From positions 140,679 to 204,678 of the forward strand of contig RDEW01000039.1 in assembly GCA_011109175.1 (NCBI GenBank): a DNA stretch of 64,000 bases, written 5' to 3'. Shown here piece after piece: positions 22,851 through 34,894 of this stretch (the first letter of the stretch is position 1; every line of letters begins with the position of its first letter). The notes below the pieces were generated by a model. It saw only the letters and a program-made list of their open reading frames with translations. It did no database searches and was not told the DNA's origin. The position numbers and the translations under genes were made by a program. This DNA comes from Dicyema japonicum. Its lineage: Eukaryota > Animalia > Dicyemida.

Positions 22851-23749
22851 TATTTACTTATCCACCTCTCTTCTGTAATAGATTCGGTCGGTACAAGCAG
22901 ATGTTCTCCCTTGACTTCCTTCCTTGGATTAATTAGTTAGGACTGTTTGTCCTGGGCTTACCAAAAATTGTACGTCTGTGGTTATTAAATAAATCATTCG
23001 AACCTTTTGATTCTAAAAGTAATAGTTAGGACTCCCAAGCTGAGTTTTCTTTTCCTCAATTCTTTTGTTCAGACTCTCGAGCAAACAGAATCCTCCACTA
23101 GCATATCCTTCGCCGATCGTCCCAATGTCGATATCAGTTTTACATGAGGTGTCTCGTGTGACCAACCCATATTTATGTTCTACTCTTAAGAGTCTTCTGA
23201 TCGATCTGACCACATGCCGTAGAATGTCATCTACGTGCTCATAGAACTTGTTCAGAATACCATCTCAGGTTCACTTTATCATTATAGATTGATGATAATT
23301 CACCCACCACCATACAGTACTTAATAAATAATTTAAATAAATAAAATAAATTTATTAGAATCAGGATAATATATTACATTTGGATAAAGAGCATATTTTA
23401 ATAGCGTCCTCATAACACGGAGGATTGCCCAAGCACTCTGAATATTTGGGGGATATGTCATTTGATATAGCGTCTAACACTAAAAATAATCATTTACTTT
23501 GTTCAGATTTTTTATAATAAACTGCAAATATGACGATCACAATAAAGACGATAGAAACTGCGACAACTGCTGCCAATAATCCTACTGTTGACTTATAAAT
23601 TACGAATACCATCACTGTTTTTTGAAAATGGATAAGTTTGAGATGTGCTATTTGTGACAAGTGTATGCATTGACGTGTGCTTAACGGATGGAATTTAAAT
23701 GATCAATTCGCACAGTCATGATGACCTAGCTTCGACTAAATTATTAGTC

Positions 23750-23990
23750 AAAATTAAGCCTTCCTCAGTTCTCTAAAAATATCTCCGGTGCTTCTGTTCA
23801 GACGGAATCCCCATTGATAATCAGAAGGAAGGTTGCTTTTTTCAATAACAGCCGATAATCGATTAAAACACCCTTTTAGAACAGATAAGGCTAATTGGGC
23901 TATAATTTTCGGCATTTGACTTTGGTTTTCCTTTATTCGCAACCATGTGAACAATTATCCGTTTCCATGTTGATGGAACATATGTGCAGA
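23750..23990 (-). mobile_element. LINE RT fragment
   Basis: NRLSAVIEKSNLPSDYQWGFRLNRSTGD. Confidence 0.55.
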
Positions 23991-24544
23991 AGGAATTATG
24001 CAAAGTTTTTACACATTGACTAACATTGGGTCTGGATTCTTAAATATTCTCATCCAGGACCTTTTATTCTTACAACCATCTCTCCATGGGAAGTCGACAC
24101 AAAAAACCGTTAAGTATCGATATTCTTTCAGAACTTTTTATTTTTTTCCTATATTTTCAACTAAAATAAAGATGTTGAGTCCACTTATTTTATATTAGCC
24201 AGTTGGTCTTGCAATGATTCTACTTCTTTTGTGATCATGGTATCGTCGGGGGATTGAATTTCACCGACAAAGTTTTCATTTTCCAGCCAGTATCCTCAAT
24301 CCGTTGATATGTTCATTATTCTTTTTACAGAATCCAGGAATGTTGCTGTTCCTTGGTCATCAACGTAATCACATATGGCGAAAGAACTCTTCAGTAGTTG
24401 TGAATGAAAGTTCTTAATAGACCCACTATCCTCGAGTTTGACAAATTGTTAGACAATTTCTCAACAATAGTGACTGGATCCCCATACGGATGTTCAAAAT
24501 TTTTTAATCGAGAGAAAGATTAGCGTATAATCTTTTTGAATACG

Positions 24545-25110
24545 AACCTGTATGCGGACTCACAAATGCCGATGTGGCGCCACCGTCGATTGCTATGGAC
24601 ACCATGCTCTCTCGTGTTTAAGAAGTGCAGGACGATTTCCAAGACACAAGGTGATCAAAAGAATTATCAAACGAGCCTTGGAGTCTACGGGATACCCCGC
24701 CATACTTGAACCTGTTGGCCTGGACAGAAGAGACGGAAAACGTCCCGACGGGATCACAATTTTCCCATTCGAAGAGAGGAAACCTTTGGTCTGAAACGCT
24801 ACTAATGTCGACCCACTTTGCCCGTCCAACATTGTCGGGAGCGCGGTAAACACACTGTATGCCGCGGAAAAAACGATGAGGGCAAAGGAAAAGAAATACG
24901 AATAGCTACGCGACCGATTCACTTTCTATCCGATTGTGGTCGAGACAACTGGAGGAATAAGTGGAAAATCGCTTCGCTTCCTAAAGAAACGGACACCTAG
25001 CTACACTAAAAAGCCACGACGCGCGTGAGACCAGGTGGCTTCTCTAGTTGATCTCTGTTGCAATCGTGAGAGGCAACGCAACGTCGATAATGTCGGCGGG
25101 GTCCTCTTTG
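24545..25110 (+). mobile_element. CRE-like retrotransposon C-terminus (CCHC zinc finger plus PD-D/ExK RLE)
   Basis: HKCRCGATVDCYGHHALSC..RH..LEPVGLDRRDGKRPDGITIFPF..YPIVVETTGG..ISVAIVRGNATS. Confidence 0.85.
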
Positions 25111-25117
25111 GATGGAT

Positions 25118-25305
25118 TATTATTATTTATTAACCCCGGATACACCGAGAAAGAAGTTAAAGTAACCAACTAATTAAGTGCATCCAGTTTCCACTTCTAC
25201 AGAAACAGAGTCCACCCGGAATCAGCATAAAAGGTAAGACGTCCATTACATGCAGTTGTGGAAACCCTCCAGTGGAGTGGGGAAGAGCAAATGATCCTTT
25301 TCAAG
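25118..25305 (-). mobile_element. SINE-like family B, 5'-truncated copy
   Basis: Near-identical to 35487-35680. Confidence 0.8.
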
Positions 25306-25479
25306 ACTGCAAATTCAAAGTTAAACTGGAACTCGTCATCCTTACTAATAAATAACAATAAAAACCTTTAGTATAAGTGTCGGGATTTTCTACAACTTCC
25401 AATTCTTCAATATTTAAACTTTCTGGATTTTCGTGAACATTTGATTCAATGTTGAATCCAGGAATACCACGACATCTTT

Positions 25480-25790
25480 GGTATAAACTATCGCTTACAA
25501 AATAAAAAAATCTAATTTACATGTGAATGAGTGAGCTCTCTGATTGTACAAAAACACAGCCTTTCGAATGTGCTTTATCCACTCGTTCTTGTCATCCGAA
25601 GTCATCAATTTTGATAAAACTTGTTGTGATCGTCTAATTGAATCTTTAACAATCTCCTGACTCGGATTGTTCGGCCTTACATGGATTTGAGTGTTGTTAA
25701 ACTCTTCGCACAACACAGCCCTGGAACGCTCGCGACATAATGATGTCATCAATATCTACAGATTTTGAAATCTGAGGGAGCTTACCACTT
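25480..25790 (-). mobile_element. Retroviral-type (rve) integrase remnant
   Basis: IHVRPNNPSQEIVKDSIRRSQQVLSKLM..EWIKHIRKAVFLYNQRAHS (cf. RPxxPQSQGxxERxNxTLK..W..L....YN..HS). Confidence 0.55.
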
Positions 25791-26049
25791 CCCTATATCA
25801 CTCCTGTTCCACATTAGATACTTAGGTTCTCAGGTATTATGAAAAGACAAAGCCTGTCTCCACTGTAATACGTAAAAATAATCTTAAAAGAGGTTAAGAT
25901 CTTTAATTCCCCAGACTTCTCCCAATGTAAGAAACAGCTTACGCCCTGATTCGTTTAAAAAACCCTTAATTAGCATTTTTTCGAGTTAATACCACTAATC
26001 AATATAGTTGTGGGAACTCCTCCAGTGAAGTTGGGGAGAGCAGATGATC

Positions 26050-26395
26050 TTTTTCCGTGTACACTTGCACAACGTCACTCTCGTAAAACAAGAAAAAAAA
26101 AACAGAAGAAATAAAGATAAACCTTCGACCAGTAACCTGTAGGGGGAAATGAATGGACAATTCGTATAAAATAACCAAACAACTAATTCCTCGATCATGA
26201 CGGGTTCCAGCAGGATCTTGACCCAAGAACTTTATCCTGGGAACTGAAGTCGATTCAAGAATTATCTCCCGGTAGAATAAATAGTTAAATCCTTTAGAAT
26301 GCCGACCAGGCATAGAGCGTCTTCTAGGGTGGATCCAATGACGTCATCAGAAGGAAGAGAAATTTTCAACCAATGAGCCACATAGCATTACATGC
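26050..26395 (-). mobile_element. SINE-like family B-related copy
   Basis: CATGTAATGCTATGTGGCTCATTGGTTGAAAA..TGACGTCATTGGATCCACC..GCCTGGTCGGCATTCTAAAGGAT aligns to the family B 5' half. Confidence 0.45.
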
Positions 26396-26399
26396 GAAA

Positions 26400-26640
26400 T
26401 ATTATTAATAATGATAACACCAGAGACCATGGTTGCACAAACTAACTAATCACGTGATCCCAGCACGCTCTAGCAGGGACTTTATCTTAGCCTGATGCTC
26501 CCCCCTCGACCCCACACAAGCACGTATCGGTCGAGTGACTGGATCTTCGCAGTCACGACGGCGCGTTCCATGGTTCATTCGTATCAAGGCTTCAAAAGGC
26601 AATGGTGGATGGAACTTTCCAGAAATCGTAGTATCAACTA
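26400..26640 (-). mobile_element. LINE family C 3' end
   Basis: CEDPVTRPIRACVGSRGEHQAKIKSLLERAGIT*, then TAGTTAGTTTG..CTCTGGTGTTATC..TTATTAATAAT. Confidence 0.7.
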
Positions 26641-27330
26641 GTTAGTAAGTAACCCCAGCCTCACTAACTTGTAGGAGGCCAGCAGCTATTAAATAGGACG
26701 CAGCAGATGTTGGTCGCTCCCATTGATCGGTCAGTTCCGGCATTGTGGAAAAACGTTGTGCCAATTCATGACATTGCAATAAATGATTTGTTGTCAGCAC
26801 GTGGAGGTTGCAAAAGGGGCAGAGTATATCATATGTTGGTAGATATAGGTGGTGCCCACATCGTAGACGAGCCAGATTTACTCGGACGTCTTTCGGAAGA
26901 GAGGATTCTGATTGGTCTATTGGAGGAGGGTGCCGGTGTAGTATTTTATTATCTTCGAGTTTTCGGATGCTTCTCGTAGAAATAAAATCGTGTATCTGTT
27001 TCAGACGACTCCTGTCATTGGGGAAGAATGGATGATAGCATTCGAGACAGGTCACCGGTTTTCATAATAATTTTTCTTTTTTTTGCGGCTTGCAGAAAAA
27101 GTGGCAGGGGTGGTCTAGGTTGTAGGTTTGAGAGAGAAACTGCAGGGCTCTCATTTCCAGATGGTCTCCAATTGGAAGGATCTTTGACTCCCAATGTAGA
27201 TGATCGACAGGGGTTGATCTGAGACATCCAGTAATTATCCTGAGCGCGATGTTTTGTACTTTTTGTAGTTTGTCAATAGAAGTAAGAAAGGCAGAGGCTG
27301 ACCAACAAGGGCTTTCATAGTTAATAGTTG
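26641..27330 (-). mobile_element. I-group LINE ORF2 C-terminus with CCHC finger
   Basis: QNIALRIITGCLRSTPVDHLHWESKILP..LARLRCGHH..CPFCNLHVLTTNHLLQC. Confidence 0.85.
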
Positions 27331-27344
27331 TTCGAATGTCTTAA

Positions 27345-27551
27345 CAGCCTTTTTCACGGAGCCGTGGTATTAGCCCCGCATAGGCAGGACACACACTTTA
27401 TTTAAGTTAAAGAACAGTTAATTTTAACTAATCGTAGAACCAAGGAATGATCTTCACTTCTTTTTTTTCTTTTTCTTGTGTGAGTGTCCTTTCTAGACAA
27501 TCCAGTTCCGCAGTGAGTATTCACTGATGACGGCGTCACTCGTCAAACCGT
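27345..27551 (-). mobile_element. SINE family A, young 5'-truncated insertion
   Basis: Near-identical to 2190-2390. Perfect 14-bp TSD TTCGAATGTCTTAA at 27331-27344 and 27552-27565. Confidence 0.9.
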
Positions 27552-27710
27552 TTCGAATGTCTTAATATCAACTAAACCACCTGATCTACAATTTAATTTA
27601 ACAATCCCGTTTAATTTATAAATTATCAAAATTAATTAATAAATGTTGAATTAATTTGTTGCTTAATTAGCTTCACTGTTGATATTATTCGATTTTATTG
27701 CATTAGAGTA

Positions 27711-29483
27711 ATGGCAAATGATCAGTCAATTCACCTTGATGTTATTTGGCTTCATAGAGATGATCCAATTCCAGTGCAAATTACTTTTCACTCACTCTAT
27801 ATGACCATAGCTACTACGGCAGCTGGCAGTGAAATTGAAGATTTTGACGTTTATACTTATCATTTAGAATAGATTCTTTTTCGAAAATATTGACTTTTGT
27901 GAAAAAATCAATATGACAGGGTCTTATACGGTGGTCATTCATCTCAAGGATCTACGGATCTTCAATCTTAAGATCTCTAGATTACCTGACAACTTTTACA
28001 ACGTTCTTGAGAGGAATATACTATCAAGTCTTAAAATATGTAATTTATAGCCAATCAGGGGAATTGGACGATTCAACCCTTATAGCCTTTACATACCCAA
28101 AAGATGTCTCCAACCCTGAACTGGACGGGTGGAATCTCGTGGATTTGGTGACAGAAATGGAACAAATTGTCGACAGAAATGCTAAGCTAAGAATAAGCAA
28201 GGTGAACATGGATTATAAAGTAAAAGTGTAAAATATTGAGATTTGCACGACTTATCCACTTTTGGTAGTTGTCCCGTCCTCCATGGATGATTCCATGGTC
28301 ATGAAGATTTCTGGTTTTCGTGAAAACTTTTGTTTCCCATTTGTGTTTATTCATGCAAAAATAATATGGTTTTACTCGATTTTGATCAAGTCCATGCTTA
28401 TTCGAAGTTCTCAGCCTCTCCTCCTCAAGAAGAGGGAATATATGGAAGAAGTTAGGTACCTGAATTCCTTTTCTCCAAACAATAAGAACTGGATTTTGGA
28501 TCTCCGATCTCAGGGAGATATCAAAGCCAACGAACAGAATGGTGGATGATCTAACCATCTATTTTAGGTGGTGGGAAGGAGATCCAAGAATATTGTCCTT
28601 TTTGGAAAATTTTTGTGGTATCGATGGAAAAGACCAGCAAACTCATCAATAAATTCGACGACGTTGTTAGGGGTACTTCAATCCTTACATTCTAGCATCT
28701 TCCGACGCGTCTAAATTTTACCCACGTGTCGTAGACTCAGATTGGATATCTAGCATAGAATTTGTTTTGGATTTATCTTTGAAAATTATCCGTAAAATGA
28801 CGAAGGAATGTTTAATGTTTGACTAATTTTTAGCCACGGCCGTTCTTATTCACGGAAGGCACAGCAATTCTCGTAGTTTGTTGATAACTTCACTGGTTAT
28901 GATCATTCTGGATCCGGAATTCCGTACTTACAGGGGATTTCATCGACTCATTTTCCGTGAATGGCTATGGGGAGCTTTTAAATTTTCAAGTCGATCCAAA
29001 TCAGTTTTATTCGTCATGTTTTTGGACTGTATTTGGCAGGCAAGATCATTTCATGACTTTTAGCTGATGCATCAGTTCCCCACATTGTTTGACTTTAATG
29101 AAAGGCTTTTACTCCTTTTATTTTGCCATTCGAGGTCCTCCAAATTTGGGACCTTTATTGGAAACTCAGAATACCAAAGGAACCTTCACAGACTGGCCGA
29201 TAGGACGAATTCTATCTGGTTTCCTATAAATGGGTATTTTAGGTCATTCACTATGGAAAATTACTCCAAATATAACAACTCCTGCTATAAACCCGGGGAA
29301 TTGTCGGTCGATCATCTCAATCTCCAGGATCTAGTAATATTATCAATTATTGATATTAAAAGAAAGTTTGGACACGTTTGTACGGGAGAGGTGATCACGT
29401 GCCTTCTGCACCATGTGTACGAGTTTCCATTGATGAACGCATTAACAAACTTTATTCTTTGTCGAAACAAATTCACTCGCTGA
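27711..29483 (+). CDS. MTMR9: Myotubularin-related protein 9-like pseudophosphatase; spliced
   Basis: ICTTYPLLVVVP, AVLIHGRHSNSRSLLITSLVMIILDPEFRTYRGFHRLIFREWL, MFLDCIWQLMHQFP..FNERLLLLLF..FGTFIGN. No CX5R motif, as in MTMR9. Introns about 21-31 nt. Confidence 0.8.
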
Positions 29484-30644
29484 GGAAGTTTTTATTATTT
29501 ATTTTTGTAGAATTAATGAAACATTTTTGAATAATTAAATTTAATTATTTTTAACATTATTACAATTTTTTCAGTTTATTGTTATTAATTTTGTCACTGT
29601 CTACGAGAAGTCGAAGGATTCTGTTCTACTCAGTACCATCATCAGCTTCATGTGGTCCACCTGTATCATTGGACGCCCAGTGCTTGTCGGGATTCAAAAG
29701 GGTCATTTTTTCTTGTTGAATACCCGGTCCTTCTTCTATTGATGAAGTTTTTTATTTATTATTTATTAGAACCCCGGGATCACCGAGAAAGAAAGACGGA
29801 AAAGACGTCAAACAGTTAGGTAATCCCAGTTCCCGCAATCAAACGAGCCATTCAACGTCTGTGGTCTCCCATTGTTCCCACTACCGTGTGGAAGAGCCTT
29901 TTCCATGGGTGGGTTAACAATGGCGAATATAGATGGTCGTGATGCTTGAAAGGATTAGTGTTTGGTGACGATATACCTTAATTGTGCATTAATTAACTCT
30001 TAACCTCTTTTCGGTATACCATAGGTTATTAAATAAATAACATCTACAAACAAGACATCGAACCATGCATTTCTTACGTATGTCCATCGTGGGGTATATA
30101 TCCCTCTTTTCGACAAATGCCGTGGAGATCGAAGCTACTTAAAAAACGTCAGAGCGACGGATTTATGAACTTCTGGGAAGAGCTGCTCCTCCTCAGCTCC
30201 TAGGAATCCCTAATTCGTAAGAACCGATTGGTGCGTCTGTCATCATCATGTTTTAAGCCTACCTACGGGTCATTGCTGTAACATGACGGAATTGATTGGT
30301 TACTTTGGTCTATCGTGGTATTTGGAGACATCCTTAGTGGAGTGGGGGAGGACAAATGATCCTTTTCAGGCTACCATAGCAATTGGACGTCACTTGAGAC
30401 AGGTGGATGACATGGTTTCTTTAGCTACTTTAAATGTATGATTATGCAAAAGTTCATCCATAAATATTCTCGAAACATGAACAAGCAGTGATTACAAGTG
30501 ACTTAAAACAAAACATCATTAGGTATTTTCTAAGCACATGGAAGAATGATGTACTTTATCGATTTACCAATAAACTAAACTTCACATTCTCTGAAGATGT
30601 ATTTTAATGTGCTCTGAGAATTGTATTAAATTGACCCCAACTTC

Positions 30645-30960
30645 GCTCACATATATGAAGCTGGCAACCGCTATGAGGGAAGCCTCAAAGACAGGTCACT
30701 CCTAAAGATCCTTTATTTTCACGTCTGATTCTAGTCGTCCGAGACAAACATTTTAGTAACCACAAAGTCCAATTAAATTATTAACCTCAGTTTCGCTAAC
30801 ATGTAGGAAACTGGAAACCGCCAAAAAACGCGCCACTAAGACAAGGCGCTCCCAGATATCTATTACTTTGACGTCGAGTCTGGAGGTCCAGGGCAAGCAA
30901 AGAGATCCCGAATTTCTCTCCTAACCAGAGACTGATGATGTCCTCGTGGTAAACGAACAA
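30645..30960. repeat. Dispersed internally repetitive element (family D), older copy
   Basis: Two degenerate units and the end motif CGTCGAG..GGTCCAG..GCAAAAGAGATCCCGAATTTCTC match 33883-34140. Confidence 0.5.
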
Positions 30961-31429
30961 GTTCCACTCTGACAACGCTCAAAGAAGCAGTTCTGAAGTG
31001 CTAATCTTAGGAGGTATGCGCTCCTGTATCTTGTTCTCTTCGAAGGTTCATATCGCACGTGTAGATACAAAGTCATGTATACATTTTGTCCAGGTTTGGT
31101 CTTTTGTCAGAGGTCGGATTTTCTTAAGTGTTTTTTGATGATCAGTGAATTTTCTCCGTGTGTTTCTAAGGTTTGTGTAATTAAGCAATGTGAAGGTTGA
31201 ATGGTTTAGTTTGTGGATTTAAGCATTGCAAAGTGATCTTCGTAGAATTTGCTCACAATAGGATCCCTTGTGAGCACTATTGGTACTGTCTACTCTAGGA
31301 GTGTGAATTAATGGCAATTCAGCAAAGTTTTCTAAAATTTCTTAATTTCCATTTAAAGTTTTTCATTTTTTTTTAAATTTTATGGTTTTATTATAAAATG
31401 AATAAAAATTAAATTAAGGCATCTGAATG

Positions 31430-31760
31430 GCCATGCTATTTCCCCTAACAATAGCCAACGAGATACGTTCTCGGAACCAACCAGTCTCTCGCGGATTCTT
31501 GGTCACAGCTTGAATCATGGAGCCGATCTTACGAACCAACTCATCTGCTTAGAGGCCAAGGATTCCTGACGTTTCCACCGCGAATGGAACAAAAAGATAC
31601 TCCTCCGAAATTCTCTGGTACTTCCTCCTCTTTCGTTCCTCGGCCTGCTTTGAAGCATGTCCTGGGTCTGAAGCAGAAGCAACCAAATTAGACGGGGAAT
31701 AAGTATCAACACACGTCGCGTCCCAGATCAAGTTTCGTCCGTTGGCGAATGGAAAAGTCG
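31430..31760 (-). mobile_element. CRE-like retrotransposon 3' end
   Basis: IWDATCVDTYSPS..AEERKRRKY..FVPFAVETSG..RERISLAIVRGNS. Confidence 0.85.
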
Positions 31761-32563
31761 TTTTTTCATTTTATTGGTTTTTTTACTAAAATAAAGGAAC
31801 ACTCAACAGGGGTTATACAGTAGCTAATGCGTGGCTATTCACTTTTAGGATGGCGATCGAGATTCTCTCAAATTCCATTTAAAGAGTAATAAATTTCCTA
31901 AGAAAACTAATTTAAACATATAACTGTCAAATAATAAAGCACTATTCTCTTAATGACAATTCTAAATTAATATGGGTCATATAAATCAATTCCTGTCATA
32001 GATCAAACTAATCTTAATCTATAAACGTGTCACTGTTTCAATAATAGACTAATAATTTCGTGTCAATTTTGATTTCAAAGACAGCAAGCCCATTTGTTAG
32101 TCTGATTTATTACACAAATTAATTAAGTCTTAGCATTTCTCAAATAATCTAAGCACTTAACAACTCTCAAAGAATTGAAAACGCATTTCCCCTCCTTTCT
32201 CTTTTATCCTCTTTGTGATTAGCAATCCAATGCGGTTCAGCTGGGTCAGTGATCTCCTTCCAACGACTCCAGATATTGCGATGGCTATCAGCTATTTTTA
32301 CGAATACTATTTTATTCGAAACGGAAAAAAGCATTATTAGCCAATCATGCTTCAACCTCCAAGAGACAGTAGGCATTCCCGCAGATCCCTCTATTGGAAA
32401 CCATCTTTGTTTGAGAGGGTCTCTGGGTCGTACCGCAATTGTTTTCTGACAAAATATATCTAAGGTTTTTGATAGATTAGTGACACGTGACTTAAAGGTT
32501 AAAAATTAAAAATCGTTAAAATTTAAAGAAAATATATTGTCAAAATGTTAGAAAGAATCTGGT

Positions 32564-33004
32564 TCACTTTTTATAGCCATTTTCTTGTAAAGTGGAATTC
32601 TGATCGGATTTAAAGTCCCCGACCAAGTTGGGATCATTCGTGGATAGAAATTGAATCCATGATTGATACAGCAACCATTGGGAAATTAGGAAACTTGGAT
32701 CATTTACCCCATTGTGGGGATTATAAAATATCGGAAAATTGTTGGAGATTGGAATTTCTTTCATTTTTTCAGAATGTGGTGACTCTTGGTTAGAATTGTT
32801 AATTAAATTGACAATCTCAAAATTGCGAGACATTTTTTCTCCCGGAGAGGCGTCATTTGACAAATTTCTGGAAATTGCATTTTTCCAGTGTTTCTCAAAA
32901 TTCAAACATTTTCGTCGTTTCGCCCTTTTTCTCTGGAAAACGTCATTTCCAATTTCCTCACAAGTCTGATTTAGTATTTCAAGGGGACTTAGTTTTTTCT
33001 TAGT
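32564..33004 (-). CDS. Putative exon of an Sp/NET-box-containing protein
   Basis: Open 146-codon segment after a TTTTAG acceptor: TKKKLSPLEILNQTCEEIG (cf. NET KKSPLALLAQTCSQIG), then a basic RKRAKRRK patch. Upstream exon not resolved. Confidence 0.4.
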   Translation of the reverse strand, partial: TKKKLSPLEILNQTCEEIGNDVFQRKRAKRRKCLNFEKHWKNAISRNLSNDASPGEKMSRNFEIVNLINNSNQESPHSEKMKEIPISNNFPIFYNPHNGVNDPSFLISQWLLYQSWIQFLSTNDPNLVGDFKSDQNSTLQENGYKK

Positions 33005-33882
33005 CTAAAATAATTATGTCAAATTAATGCTGCGGCATGAAGAATGCGGTGTGCTTTGAAAATATAATTAGGAAGCCAATTTAGATCTGAAACACGATTA
33101 CAAAGACAATAAATAACTAATAGGCTACAAATTAGGTTTTAGTTATCATGCTTTATATCCCCCAGATTTGAGTTATTTACCAGCTTTTAGTGTAAATTTT
33201 TAATGCCAGCCGAAAACTTACATCGTTATTCATCAGCGTTCAGAATTTGTGCGTTGGGTTAATTTATAGTCGACAAATTGACGCGGCTGTTAATAATTCT
33301 TCGCAATCAATTATTAGAAAAGGATGTTTATGTTGGTAAATCAATTATTAAACTTTAATGTGCTTGTGCTCTTTGTGTGACATCTGTTTCTAAATTTCAC
33401 TGAGAATGACATTTTTAATCAATATGAGTAGTCAAAAATTATGATTAATAGTACTGACAAAATGAAACTTTATAGTACATTTGGATTAATTTGGAGTATT
33501 AGTCGATTCCCTTAGAAAGTCATCTATTAATATAGAGATCCATTTTCTGCAACAGAAGGACATTTTTGGGTAGAGATGTGAGAACTAAGAAGGCTTCTTG
33601 ATGGACCTTGTTTCCAAAAAACGGTGAGCATATTTTGGAATGAGGAGGTTTTAGTTGTCGAAAGGAATTAAATCTTGACTGTCTTCTATGCAAATTAAGT
33701 GAAACTTTAAATTGACGAGAACCTAACGGATAATTATTTAGCAGGGCTTGATTCCTAGTGGATTTCAATTTATGGGGGAAATAAGACTTGAGGTGCGAAT
33801 AAAAAAGGCCCTTAACAGAGGTCCACTAATCATCATGGGATTCATTCAACGTTGAACGTCCTTAAGTCCTACAGTTAACCCA

Positions 33883-34140
33883 ACAGCTTCGTTAACCCGT
33901 AGAAAGCTAGTGATCATAAAGAAGAGCGCCGCCAAGATAGGTCACTAACAGAGATCGTCCACTTTCCTGTAGAAAGCCGGTGACCATTAAGAAGTCGCTC
34001 CCATAGATCACAGCTTCACTAACACGCAGGAAGCTGGTGACCATAAAGAAAAACGCCGCCAAGATTGGTCACTCACAGAGATCGTCCACTTTCACGTCGA
34101 GGGTCCGGTAAAAGCAAAGAGCTCCCGAACTTCTCATCCA
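33883..34140. repeat. Dispersed internally repetitive element (family D), 127-bp period
   Basis: An 84-bp unit at 33883-33966 is repeated at 34010-34093. The sub-motif GTAGAAAGCTGGTGACCATAAAGAAG occurs three times. Confidence 0.7.
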
Positions 34141-34894
34141 CCGGAATACTCTAATTGATGAACAATAAAATACAAATGGATTTTGATGTTGATGTAAATA
34201 TCTAACATTAATCAAATTTATGACGGACTAAAATCAATTAAATGGAATGTCATGATATGGACATAACATATTCAAACGTTTAATTATAAATGAAAGCACA
34301 CCCCGGGTGGTAAAAATTTATTTCATTTCTCGATTAAACTTTATTTATTAAATTTTCAAGTTTTTGACATTTTTATGGATCATTTGCTCTTTACAAAATT
34401 ACTACTCGGGGGACATTGTAAACTTGAACTTGTGAATTAAGAAACCGTCGGACACTCAAAGTACCCAAATCTCGCCAATACCAAAAAACTTAATATTTGC
34501 CTGACTATCAGTCGGAAGCTACCACATAATAGTACTTTGACGAAAGCCACAATACATGTGCAGCAAAAGACACGACTTTAGATGACAATCTCATCCACGC
34601 TCAATGATTGTTAGCTAGCGATCTCAATAAACTAGGTCATCTGCGAATTTCAAATCTTTTATCATAAGCATAATAGTATGACTCGATTTATTGCTACATA
34701 AGGTCTTTATGTGGGGCATCTGCTCGTGGAAAAAGCTTCTTACATTAGCAGGGACACACCCAACCTCTCTCTTTTATCAAGAACTACTAATAGTTTGCTT
34801 GGTAGTGGCTACGGGATGAGCGCCAAGTTGCCATTCCCTGATTTATTAAAATTCCACGGAGACGAATTATTCATTTAACAACCCAAGACCACGG

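Noticed and set aside
24200-24530. BEL/Pao gag (DUF1759-like) remnant; similarly a gypsy RT at 32167-32450
   Set aside because: Similarity is limited to a few residues in broken frames and would need an HMM search.
27500-27560. Hammerhead ribozyme in the antisense SINE A core (CTGATGA)
   Set aside because: CTGATGA is followed by a hairpin but not by GAAA, and no stem I/III with an NUH site is evident. The same holds at about 30930.
27690-27715. Spliced-leader trans-splice acceptors upstream of start codons (also before CNOT11, MLX and profilin)
   Set aside because: Plausible GT donors lie 23-52 nt upstream in the cases checked, so 5' UTR or coding cis micro-introns explain them. This cannot be decided without 5' cDNA ends.
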